Notes under the pieces: generated by a model
The model's database searches: none
What the model was told of the DNA's origin: nothing
What the model saw: the letters and a program-made list of their open reading frames with translations, nothing else
In this document: positions 16,927 to 24,452 of the stretch, piece after piece
Numbering within the stretch: the first letter of the stretch is position 1
Layout: each line of letters starts with the position of its first letter
Translations under genes and position numbers: made by a program
Source: Candidatus Woesearchaeota archaeon
Lineage (GTDB): Archaea > Nanobdellota > Nanobdellia > Woesearchaeales > B29-G15
Direction: 5' to 3'
DNA: 35,775 nucleotides
NCBI GenBank assembly: GCA_003650585.1
Contig: QMQS01000001.1
Location: forward strand, 1-35,775

Positions 16927-17442
16927 ATGGAAAAGCTCGAGAATCAGCCATGTCCGGTGTGTAAAAAAAACACGTGCACATTGACAGAGGAAGAGATGGA
17001 TGTGCCGTATTTTGGTAAGGTTTACATATTCTCAATGCAGTGCTCAAACTGCGGGTTCAAGAAGTCAGATGTTGAGGCAGCTGAGCGCCACAAACCGGTT
17101 AAATGGAGTTTCACTGTTGAAGGGGATGAAGACCTCAGTGTTAGGGTTGTCAAGTCCTCTGAGGCGAAGGTGAAGATTAGGGGCATTGTTGAGATAACAC
17201 CCGGACCTGATTCTGAGGGGTATGTGACCAATGTTGAGGGGCTTTTGAATAGGGTAAAGCACAGGATTGAGGCATCGATAGAGGATGAGGACGATCCTGA
17301 GGTTAAAAAGAGGGCTTGGAAGCATATTAAGAAGCTCAACAAGGTGCTTGTGGGTCGGGAGAAGTTGAGGATAACTATTGAAGACCCTAGCGGCAACTCA
17401 GCCATTATATCAGAGAAGGCAGAGAAGAGCAAACTCAAATAG
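16927..17442 (+). CDS. ZPR1-type zinc finger protein
   Basis: CPVC-x(25)-CSNC zinc ribbon followed by the beta-rich ZPR1-like body (VKWSFTVEGDEDLSVRVVKSSEAKVKI..GIVEITPG). The size of 171 aa is typical for archaeal ZPR1 homologs. Confidence 0.75.
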   Translation: MEKLENQPCPVCKKNTCTLTEEEMDVPYFGKVYIFSMQCSNCGFKKSDVEAAERHKPVKWSFTVEGDEDLSVRVVKSSEAKVKIRGIVEITPGPDSEGYVTNVEGLLNRVKHRIEASIEDEDDPEVKKRAWKHIKKLNKVLVGREKLRITIEDPSGNSAIISEKAEKSKLK

Positions 17443-18379
17443 CTCTAATCTCTATATCTTGTATATCTTGTGTGTAGCTTTGATGCTCGAGAGTGAGCCC
17501 CAGCCCCATACCGAGTTTGAACATACCTTGGCTAAAGAGGCTTGCTAGATTCTCGAAAAATGTGCGCTTTGGAGTGACCCTCACCATCTTGACCTTTGTA
17601 ATGTTGAGCACGCTCTTGAGGTAGTTTTCTACCTCGTCATAGCCACCGAGCATGTCAACCAAACCAACATCTATGCCTTCCTCGCCTGTGAAAAACAAGC
17701 CAGTGGCAATCTGTGCCCTCTGGGCTTGAGTTAAACCGCGATTGGTGCTTATCTCTGAAACAAAGCTGTCATGCATCTTGTCAATCTTACTCTGCAGTAT
17801 AGCCCTCTCTTGAGGTGTTAATGGTTTGTACTTTGTGCCGATATCCTTGTAGTCGCCACCCACAAGCCTCTCGTAACTCACATTGTAGCGCTGCATGAGC
17901 CCATAGTAATCAAGGTAAGAGCCAAGCACACCTATGCTGCCAGTTATGGAGTATTTGCTGGCAAACACCACATCACAGGCACTCGCAACCCAGTACGCAC
18001 CCGAGGTGCCAATGTCCCTAATCAAAGCCACACTTGTTTTGTTTAATCCCTTGATTGCATTGGCAATTGCTTCAGAGGCAACAGGTGTGCCCCCGCCCGA
18101 GTTGATGTCAAACACTATTGCCTTTATGTTGGGTGATTCTGAAGCCCTCTTTATTAACTCGATTGTTTCGTCAGGGTTGACCAATTCTGAGTAGAATGGC
18201 CCAGAGAAGCCTATAAAGCCATGGATGGGTATAACAGCCACATTACCGCCGATGAATTCCTGGTTTAGCCCTAGTCCCAAAAATGTTGAGATTAAATAAC
18301 TTATAACAAGTAAAGTGAAGAGTAGTGAAAGCATGAACCTCCATCTTTGCGTGGGTTTAGGGTAGTAGTTGGGTTTCAT
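17435..18379 (-). CDS. sppA: signal peptide peptidase SppA (S49 family, 36K type)
   Basis: VAVIPIHGFI, IKAIVFDINSGGGTPVASEAIANAI and GTSGAYWVASACDVVFASKYSITGSIGV match the S49/ClpP-fold serine peptidase. The start at 18379 (MKPNYY...) is chosen because AGGTGG lies 6 nt upstream and a basic n-region plus TM helix follows. Confidence 0.85.
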   Translation of the reverse strand: MKPNYYPKPTQRWRFMLSLLFTLLVISYLISTFLGLGLNQEFIGGNVAVIPIHGFIGFSGPFYSELVNPDETIELIKRASESPNIKAIVFDINSGGGTPVASEAIANAIKGLNKTSVALIRDIGTSGAYWVASACDVVFASKYSITGSIGVLGSYLDYYGLMQRYNVSYERLVGGDYKDIGTKYKPLTPQERAILQSKIDKMHDSFVSEISTNRGLTQAQRAQIATGLFFTGEEGIDVGLVDMLGGYDEVENYLKSVLNITKVKMVRVTPKRTFFENLASLFSQGMFKLGMGLGLTLEHQSYTQDIQDIEIRAI

Positions 18380-18857
18380 AATAAACCACCTTTGTTTTGG
18401 AGAGCAACTCAAGCAGTCTCCTGTGCTTGGGGTGGAGCAGGATAAACACTGGCTCAATGAACCACAGTAGTATTAAAGGGAAGATGGGTATGAGAAAGAT
18501 GTTCCTCACCATGGCTTGGAGTAGCCCAAGTTTTGGGCCCTCTGAACGCACATACAACCCGAACAAGAGCTTGCCTAGGGTTTGGTGTATCTTGTACTCG
18601 CAAACAGTAAAGTAAACAAATGAGAGCAAGCCTATGATGAGGTAAACCTGGCTGAGTTGTACTGCCACATTAGGGTTCGACTCGAGGGCAGCATAAACAC
18701 TTGAGAAATCACCCTTTGGTATGATGGACGAGATTAAACTGCGAAAGGGCATCACAACCACAAAGTTTAGCACAAAAAGATCGACCAAGAAAGCAATAAA
18801 TCTCTTGATAATTGGCGCCTCTTTCTCTTTTGTGCTTATGCTCAGTCTCTTTGCCAT
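18357..18857 (-). CDS. RDD-family membrane protein
   Basis: N-terminal IIKRFIAFLVDLFVLNFVV (R..A..D pattern) and 3-4 hydrophobic helices. It overlaps the sppA start by 23 nt, so the two form an operon. Confidence 0.55.
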   Translation of the reverse strand: MAKRLSISTKEKEAPIIKRFIAFLVDLFVLNFVVVMPFRSLISSIIPKGDFSSVYAALESNPNVAVQLSQVYLIIGLLSFVYFTVCEYKIHQTLGKLLFGLYVRSEGPKLGLLQAMVRNIFLIPIFPLILLWFIEPVFILLHPKHRRLLELLSKTKVVYYETQLLP

Positions 18858-18879
18858 TTCTTAATAGAAACTCGGGCAG

Positions 18880-18908
18880 TTTTAAAAAGTTTTGGAAACC
18901 TTTATATA
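18880..18908. promoter_or_regulatory. bidirectional promoter: back-to-back BRE/TATA-like elements
   Basis: The minus-strand element AAAACTTTTTAAAA (18880-18893) lies 22 nt from the RDD start codon. The plus-strand element AAACCTTTATATA (18896-18908) lies 23 nt from the ATG at 18932. The region shares the 14-mer AAAAGTTTTGGAAA with 23214-23227. Confidence 0.5.
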
Positions 18909-18931
18909 CTCTCCCCTCATAAAAAACAATC

Positions 18932-19192
18932 ATGAAACCAGGGTTTGAGAAAAGGCTGGGAGGGTTTGGTTTCTTACTGTGGGTGCTTGGTGTGGTGATA
19001 TTTCAGCTGACACCAAACCTCGTTTGGCTTGGGTGGTGCTTGGTTGTGTTTGCATTGATAGTGTGCTATGTTTCATTCAGAGAGGGCTCAAAGAGGTACC
19101 CTGGCAAGATATACTGGTTGACCCTGTTAGGATTTGTGCTTAGCCTACTCACACTCTTGCTTGGATTGATACGTGTTTTTGTTTCATACTAA
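18932..19192 (+). CDS. small membrane protein (86 aa, 3 predicted TM helices)
   Basis: The ORF is preceded by a TATA-like element at leaderless distance. The product is hydrophobic with basic loops (EKRLGG, REGSKRYPGK). No family assigned. Confidence 0.5.
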   Translation: MKPGFEKRLGGFGFLLWVLGVVIFQLTPNLVWLGWCLVVFALIVCYVSFREGSKRYPGKIYWLTLLGFVLSLLTLLLGLIRVFVSY

Positions 19193-19257
19193 ACCCTAAT
19201 TCGGTATCATTAAAGAATGACAAATAGCCATAAAAACCCCTTATTGACGAAAAAAAC

Positions 19258-19273
19258 CGAAAGTTTTATAAAT
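19258..19273 (+). promoter_or_regulatory. BRE/TATA-like element CGAAAGTTTTATAAAT of the S-layer gene
   Basis: This is the best TATA match in the 211-nt intergenic region. It lies about 130 nt upstream of the ATG at 19404, implying a leader of roughly 105 nt that ends in a GAGGTGA Shine-Dalgarno (19388-19394). Confidence 0.5.
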
Positions 19274-19296
19274 GAATTGGCTATACAACAGGAATG

Positions 19297-19310
19297 CCTG
19301 CGCAAGCAGG
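19297..19310 (+). promoter_or_regulatory. short stem-loop CCTGC-GCAA-GCAGG at the predicted 5' end of the S-layer mRNA
   Basis: A perfect 5-bp GC-rich stem with a GNRA-type tetraloop, read directly from the sequence. It sits about 25 nt downstream of the TATA-like element, where transcription would be expected to start. Confidence 0.3.
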
Positions 19311-19403
19311 TGACTAAGAGCGTTCTAAGAGTGCCTTTACAAGAGAAAAAGGAATGGACTAGATAGCCGAAAAAAACAAAACCTAGCGAGGTGAAATAAG
19401 GCT

Positions 19404-21722
19404 ATGAGAACAAAAGCAGTAATAAAGAAGATAGCTGCGTTGGGTACAGGGATTGCAATGATGGGCGCCACCTTATTCGGCGCAATGGCAGCAGATCTAG
19501 CAGACTACCCAAATATGTTTTTCAAGGACCACAAGTTCAACGCAGCTATAGTAGTGGGTGACGAAGCCGCAGCCTCAGACGTGGTGGGTGCAATTGACCT
19601 TGCAGCGAGCCTACAGTATGCAGCGAAAGAGCAAAAAACCATATCAGTTGGCGGCACCACAACAGTGTCTGCCTCTGAAGGTGTAGAGGTCAAGGCAACA
19701 GGCAACCACCTAACTCTGGGAGAGGCATTGAATGCCGTGGAGGACACCTTTAAGAAGGACGACCTCCCAGTGCTGTTGGCTGACGGGAATGTGATTGATG
19801 ACTCAGAAGACACAGACCACGAGTATTCACAGAAGCTGTTAACCAGCGCTGATGTGGTGAAGTTCGACAACCCTGATTCAGATGTGTTCGGGGACATGCC
19901 AGGGCTTTACCTGGACCAGTCAAGTGGTGTGGCTTACACCGTAGTGATTGACTTTGACACAGCATTGAACGCCACTGCGCTCGACGACAGCGAGAAGATA
20001 GAGATGATGGGTAAGACATTTACCTTTGACCCGAACATGGCTTCAGGCGACAACACCTTGGTGCTGTATGCCTCAGAGAAGACAGAGACGATTAATGTGG
20101 GTGAGACCAAAGAGGTTGAGCTACAGGACGGTTCAAAGCTCACAATTGAGCTTGTGGGAGCCAACTCTGACACAGAATCAGCCACATTGAGGGTTAACGG
20201 CAAGACCTACTCAGTAAACAGCGGAGACACCATTAGCCCAGGTGGGACACAGATATACATCAATGATGTGTTCACCTACAACATTCCAACCCCAGGTGCA
20301 GCAGTAGAGTTCTTTGTGGGCTCAGACAAGATAGAGATAGATGCCTCTGGTGGCTACAATGATGTGGAGATTGATGACGACACCATCACAGGCGTGAAGG
20401 CATCTGTTGGTGGTGGCTTGGAAGCAATTGAGGAGATCAACTTCACAGTAACACCGAGCGAATTCGATGACGACCAATACAAGTACCTGCAGCTTGGAGA
20501 GAGTTTCACAGACCCGTTCTTCAAGACATTCAAGATGGAGTTTGCTGGAGTCACACCAGAGCTCAAGGATTCCTCCAAGACGAAGATTTCCTTGACAAGG
20601 TCTGGTGACGACTACAAACTCAGCTTTGTCAACAAGGACGGGGAGAGCTACGAGTTTACTCTCTTCCACAGCGACTCTGGTAGCGACACAGTCGAGTACT
20701 ATGAGGACTTTGCAGGTGCCACAGACAACCTGACCAAGGACAAGATATTCATCCTCAATGAGGGTGATGTGACCAAGGTCTTTAAGCTCGTGTCTGTTGT
20801 GACCGAGAGTGGCACTGCCAAGGCAAAGATTAAGGACTTGAGTGACAACTCAGAGTTTAAGGTTGAGGTTGGTGATGAGATAGGCGACACAGGTGTGACA
20901 GTGGCTGCACTGAATGATGGTGCAACTGACTGGATGTCGATTGATGACAATACCAGTCTGACTATTACCACGAAGTATGACGGAACCATAACAATAACCT
21001 CAGCCCCAGGTAACGAGAGCATCTACGACTTGACCTTCGAAGAGGGTACGACCAACTTTGACGACTTGGTTGCTGGTAACGCACTCACGATTGAGGTGAA
21101 TGTGACCGGCGATTCCAGCGATGGTGACGAGGATATTACCATTGGCGACATAGACTTCGACAATGCCAACAATGTTAACGAGAAGTCAGACGAGGACAGC
21201 AAGGTTCAGTACGGTGTGTCCAAGTTTGGTACCTACTTCGAGAGAGAACGCGAGAACAACGGTGCCTACCTAGACATCTACTACCCCAAGGAGGAGCAGA
21301 GTTTCCACATCTTCTTCATGCCAGTGAGTGGAGAAGTTAGCACCACTCCAGGGGGCCAGACAATAACCTACTACGAACTCAACCCAATTGAGGTTGGTGC
21401 TGCCAAACTCGCATCAGAGATTGCTGATGTGACTGCGCAGAACCTCATCGTAGTGGGTGGCCCATGTGCGAACTCTGTGGCTTCCAAGTTGTTGGGTAAT
21501 CCCACCAACTGTGCTGAGGGCTTCGAGGAAGGCAAGGCCATTATCAAGTTGATTGAGAATGGCGACAATGTGGCACTGTTGGTTGCTGGTTACAGCGCTG
21601 ACGATACACGCAGAGCCACCACTGTGCTTGCCAACTACGAGGACTATGCCCTTAGCGGGACAGAGATGGTAGTCACCGGTACAAGTCTCACAGATATAAC
21701 TGTGAGCGCACCAACACCCTAA
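19404..21722 (+). CDS. S-layer protein (772 aa, acidic)
   Basis: Sec signal MRTKAVIKKIAALGTGIAMMGATLFGAMA-ADL. The N-terminal DYPNMFF...AAIVVGDEAAASDVVGAIDLAASL and the C-terminal NLIVVGGPCANSVASKLL...ALLVAGYSADDTRRATTVLANY match motifs I know from euryarchaeal S-layer proteins. The product is very rich in D, E and T. The gene has a long leader, a strong SD and a downstream oligo-T terminator. Confidence 0.75.
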   Translation: MRTKAVIKKIAALGTGIAMMGATLFGAMAADLADYPNMFFKDHKFNAAIVVGDEAAASDVVGAIDLAASLQYAAKEQKTISVGGTTTVSASEGVEVKATGNHLTLGEALNAVEDTFKKDDLPVLLADGNVIDDSEDTDHEYSQKLLTSADVVKFDNPDSDVFGDMPGLYLDQSSGVAYTVVIDFDTALNATALDDSEKIEMMGKTFTFDPNMASGDNTLVLYASEKTETINVGETKEVELQDGSKLTIELVGANSDTESATLRVNGKTYSVNSGDTISPGGTQIYINDVFTYNIPTPGAAVEFFVGSDKIEIDASGGYNDVEIDDDTITGVKASVGGGLEAIEEINFTVTPSEFDDDQYKYLQLGESFTDPFFKTFKMEFAGVTPELKDSSKTKISLTRSGDDYKLSFVNKDGESYEFTLFHSDSGSDTVEYYEDFAGATDNLTKDKIFILNEGDVTKVFKLVSVVTESGTAKAKIKDLSDNSEFKVEVGDEIGDTGVTVAALNDGATDWMSIDDNTSLTITTKYDGTITITSAPGNESIYDLTFEEGTTNFDDLVAGNALTIEVNVTGDSSDGDEDITIGDIDFDNANNVNEKSDEDSKVQYGVSKFGTYFERERENNGAYLDIYYPKEEQSFHIFFMPVSGEVSTTPGGQTITYYELNPIEVGAAKLASEIADVTAQNLIVVGGPCANSVASKLLGNPTNCAEGFEEGKAIIKLIENGDNVALLVAGYSADDTRRATTVLANYEDYALSGTEMVVTGTSLTDITVSAPTP

Positions 21723-21726
21723 ACCC

Positions 21727-21749
21727 TTTTCTTTTTTTTAATTAATTTT
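21727..21749 (+). terminator. oligo-T tract terminator (TTTTCTTTTTTTTAATTAATTTT)
   Basis: Starts 5 nt after the S-layer stop codon. It contains T4 and T8 runs, consistent with archaeal intrinsic termination at oligo-T. Confidence 0.55.
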
Positions 21750-21755
21750 AACCCT

Positions 21756-21769
21756 AAACCTTAAATATT
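21756..21769 (+). promoter_or_regulatory. BRE/TATA-like element AAACCTTAAATATT
   Basis: Ends about 22 nt upstream of the ATG at 21791. Confidence 0.45.
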
Positions 21770-21790
21770 GCCAAAGTAATTCTTTTTGCT

Positions 21791-22003
21791 ATGGTAGACT
21801 ACAAGGTGGTGCAGTGCCCCTTTTGTGGTTTTATACAGCTATCCACTGCCAAATCTGTGTTCAAATGCCTTAGATGTAGCAGAACCAGACGCATCACAAC
21901 TTCAAAAGGCATCCCAAGCATAAGAATAATCAGGGTGTTTGCTGATTTCAAGAGGGCAAATGCCTTCATTCAAGAATACAAACGCTTACAGGGCTTTTCC
22001 TAA
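21791..22003 (+). CDS. small zinc-ribbon protein (70 aa), DUF1922-like
   Basis: CPFCG-x(13)-CLRC zinc ribbon followed by a short helical tail. The layout resembles the archaeal DUF1922 (MTH1184-type) family as I recall it. Confidence 0.5.
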   Translation: MVDYKVVQCPFCGFIQLSTAKSVFKCLRCSRTRRITTSKGIPSIRIIRVFADFKRANAFIQEYKRLQGFS

Positions 22004-23185
22004 GTATATATTGTGCTTTGTTCTAATTATCTTGAAAGTAACCCAACCACTGCGCTTTGGGGTTATTACAGTGATGTTGCGCTCTCTTGCAGCCACTATC
22101 ACCTCATTCTTGTACCTCCCAGGGCAGATTATTTTTGCCTTGACCACCTCGCCAAGCTTGAACACTTTGGGTAATGATCTAGCTGGTCTAATATTGAAAT
22201 GCTTTGGTGTTAGCTTTAGCTTGATGTCAAACTCTTGCTCGAGTTGACTCAACCTCTTGTAAAACTCTTTCCAACTCAGTTGCTTCACCGGCCTCCTACC
22301 ATGCTTGTATTCAAGAAAGTTCTGTATTGCCACAACTGCACCCAATTCTTTACCGAGTTGGATTATTTTGGATATCTCAGAGTCATTGTAGCCAGGTAAG
22401 AGCACAGGTGCTAGCACCAACCGGGCATTGGTCGAGGCAATATATCTTGCCACATCTAGAACTTGCTTCACTGGATAACCTGTGCCAGCCATCTCGTTTG
22501 CAATTCTCTGGTCGAGAGCGTTTAGAGAGATGTTGAATTGGTTCATCCCTGCATCAATTAGCTGCTTTGCCCTCTCTCTGTTTAAGAGCACACCATTTGT
22601 ATCGATTGAAATCCTGCTTACCCTTGGAATCTTTGATAGCTGGCTTACCAATGCGGTTAGCTCAGAGTAGAGCATGGGCTCCCCCTGGCTGTTTATGTGG
22701 AGCTCCACATCTTCTATGTCTTTAAACTCAACAATTCGCCTGACTTCTCTAACCAAATAGTCCTGCTCCACAACAAAATCATGGCTTGTTGAAGAGAGCC
22801 CCTCGCTCACAGAGCAGTATATACAATTGAGGTTACATGATGTTAATGGCTTGACCTCAAGCAAGCTCGTGCCCCTGTCAATCACCCCAAAACTAATATT
22901 GCCAACCAAGGGTATGCCTGAGTTGGCATGTATGTATGTGGCTGGGTTGTTCGTGATTCTGTTCCTCAGCCCAAGCACACCTTTGCTGAGAAGAAACAAA
23001 AGCTTTCTTCTGGCTACACTCTCACTCAGGGTTGGAAACTCTATCGCTTTCCTATTAAACTTAAACTCACCCAATTCGTGGAGTTCTCTTTTGTCTAGTT
23101 CGAACTCAAAAATATTGTAGAGCAAAACACCAAGCTTCTCGCCTTTGTCCTTGAACTCAATCTCTTCAAATTCTAACCTTGCCAT
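21986..23185 (-). CDS. radical SAM protein (399 aa)
   Basis: CNLNCIYC is a CX3CX2C cluster motif in the context PLTSCNLNCIYCSVSEG, followed by the GEPMLY SAM-binding motif. There is a C-terminal beta-rich extension. Confidence 0.85.
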   Translation of the reverse strand: MARLEFEEIEFKDKGEKLGVLLYNIFEFELDKRELHELGEFKFNRKAIEFPTLSESVARRKLLFLLSKGVLGLRNRITNNPATYIHANSGIPLVGNISFGVIDRGTSLLEVKPLTSCNLNCIYCSVSEGLSSTSHDFVVEQDYLVREVRRIVEFKDIEDVELHINSQGEPMLYSELTALVSQLSKIPRVSRISIDTNGVLLNRERAKQLIDAGMNQFNISLNALDQRIANEMAGTGYPVKQVLDVARYIASTNARLVLAPVLLPGYNDSEISKIIQLGKELGAVVAIQNFLEYKHGRRPVKQLSWKEFYKRLSQLEQEFDIKLKLTPKHFNIRPARSLPKVFKLGEVVKAKIICPGRYKNEVIVAARERNITVITPKRSGWVTFKIIRTKHNIYLGKAL

Positions 23186-23209
23186 GTTGGGTTTGGTGCT
23201 GGGTTGTTG

Positions 23210-23237
23210 TTATAAAAGTTTTGGAAAGATTTAAAAA
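23210..23237. promoter_or_regulatory. bidirectional promoter: back-to-back BRE/TATA-like elements
   Basis: The minus-strand element AAAACTTTTATAA (23210-23222) lies 24 nt from the radical SAM start. The plus-strand element AAAGATTTAAAAA (23225-23237) lies 35 nt from the ATG at 23273, with GGGGGGT SD at 23262-23268. The region contains the same 14-mer AAAAGTTTTGGAAA as 18885-18898. Confidence 0.5.
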
Positions 23238-23272
23238 TTAGGAAACCCAAATCAAATTATTGGGGGGTCTGA

Positions 23273-23908
23273 ATGGATAATGTGCAAGAAATAAATGTGA
23301 GTCTGGAAACCCTTTTTGAGATGCTTAGGTTGGAGAAGAAGCGTGGTGAAATCCAGCCACTGCCACCCACTTTCTTACAGGACCTCCGGGCTTATATACA
23401 GAAAAAGCGCTCTATAATTCAAAACTCAACCGGGGTTTCCCAAGAGACAGTAGACAGGGCAAGGAGACAGCTTGAGAATGTGTTTAGAATAATCGAAGAA
23501 TTGTTTGGGGTGAGGGAAAAGAAAGTGATTGAGCTTGCCAGACTTAAAGCCAACCGTTCCATGGAAGCTTTAGAGGGGCTTGGTTTGATTGAGGAAGAGG
23601 TTGAGTTGTATCGACAAATGACCCAAGTGCTAAAGAGTTTTCGCCATAATCTAGTCACCAAAATCAAGCAGAGTGATACAAGCAAGCCCCACGATGCCCA
23701 AACCATTCAACCAAAGCCAGAGCCAAAAATCCCCGTTAACAAAGGCACTATGAGAGTGTTACTACTCAAGCCCCTTCCGAGGTTTGTGGGTGAGGGGTTT
23801 AAGGTATACGGACCATATAATGAGGGCGATAGCGTGGAACTCCCTAGCAACATTGCTGAGCTGTTGATTAAGAAAGGGCATGCCAAGGAGTTTAGCGCCA
23901 ATAACTAA
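23273..23908 (+). CDS. GINS-family DNA replication complex subunit (Gins51/Gins15-like), tentative
   Basis: The N-terminal helical region (LETLFEMLRLEKKRGEIQPLPPTFLQDLRAYI ... VREKKVIELA) and the C-terminal small beta domain (VLLLKPLPRFVGEGFKVYGPYNEGDSVELPSNIAELLIKKGHAKE) follow the pattern I associate with archaeal GINS (COG1711). Confidence 0.5.
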   Translation: MDNVQEINVSLETLFEMLRLEKKRGEIQPLPPTFLQDLRAYIQKKRSIIQNSTGVSQETVDRARRQLENVFRIIEELFGVREKKVIELARLKANRSMEALEGLGLIEEEVELYRQMTQVLKSFRHNLVTKIKQSDTSKPHDAQTIQPKPEPKIPVNKGTMRVLLLKPLPRFVGEGFKVYGPYNEGDSVELPSNIAELLIKKGHAKEFSANN

Positions 23909-23921
23909 ACCAGGTTCTACC

Positions 23922-23940
23922 AAAATCTATTTAAATATAA
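23922..23940 (+). promoter_or_regulatory. BRE/TATA-like element AAAATCTATTTAAATATAA of the ribosomal-protein operon
   Basis: TTTAAATATA ends 19 nt upstream of the ATG at 23959 and there is no SD, implying a leaderless transcript. Confidence 0.5.
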
Positions 23941-23958
23941 CCCTTTTCCAAACTCCTA

Positions 23959-24276
23959 ATGAAAATACCCAAAGTCATTCGAAGGTTTTGTCCTTACTGT
24001 AAGAAATACACAGACCATAAAGTCAAGAGCGCGAGGAAAGCCACCCCTGGCTCAGCCCACCCCATGTCATATGGCTCAAAGGTTAGGCAGAAGTTGCGCG
24101 GTGTCAACAGGGGGTTTGGGAATAAGGGGAGATACTCTAGAAAGCCAGTCGGGGCTCGAAAAAGAACAGGCAGGAAAACAACAAAGAAAACAGACCTCAG
24201 GTTCGAGTGTGTTGAGTGTAAGAAGGAGCACACCCAATCAAAGGGTATAAGGACGAAAAGGTTGGAGATAAAATGA
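23959..24276 (+). CDS. rpl44e: 50S ribosomal protein L44e (eL42)
   Basis: CPYCKKYTDHKV ... CVECKK zinc ribbon in a highly basic 105-aa protein, matching the eL42 layout. Confidence 0.9.
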   Translation: MKIPKVIRRFCPYCKKYTDHKVKSARKATPGSAHPMSYGSKVRQKLRGVNRGFGNKGRYSRKPVGARKRTGRKTTKKTDLRFECVECKKEHTQSKGIRTKRLEIK

Positions 24277-24452
24277 ACAAGAAACGAGATTCAAGGTTCA
24301 TCAAGGTTAGGTGCAATAAATGCAAGAACGAGCAGGTCATTTTTGGAAAATGCTCCACTATTGTGCGCTGCCTTGTCTGTGGGAATGAGTTGGCTTACCC
24401 CACTGGGGGTAAGAGCGATGTTCGTTCCAGTATCTTGGAGGTGCTGGATTAA
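24273..24452 (+). CDS. rps27e: 30S ribosomal protein S27e (eS27), 59 aa, absent from the ORF track
   Basis: Read by hand: MNKKRDSRFIKVRCNKCKNEQVIFGKCSTIVRCLVCGNELAYPTGGKSDVRSSILEVLD. It has a C4 zinc finger (CNKC..CLVC). There is an ATGA overlap with the L44e stop, and its TAA is immediately followed by the aIF2-alpha ATG. Confidence 0.9.
   Translation: MNKKRDSRFIKVRCNKCKNEQVIFGKCSTIVRCLVCGNELAYPTGGKSDVRSSILEVLD

Noticed and set aside
18380-18457. 26-codon extension of sppA (MSQCLSCSTPSTGDCLSCSPKQRWFI)
   Set aside because: It lies inside the RDD gene, whereas AGGTGG lies 6 nt before ATG 18379. The shorter form begins with a normal basic segment plus TM helix.
19211-19310. Tiny ORFs in the S-layer upstream region (19-aa MTNSHKNPLLTKKTESFIN and 13-aa MNWLYNRNACASR)
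   Set aside because: They are too short, lack an SD, overlap the TATA-like element or the predicted transcription start, and show no sign of conservation that I can judge.
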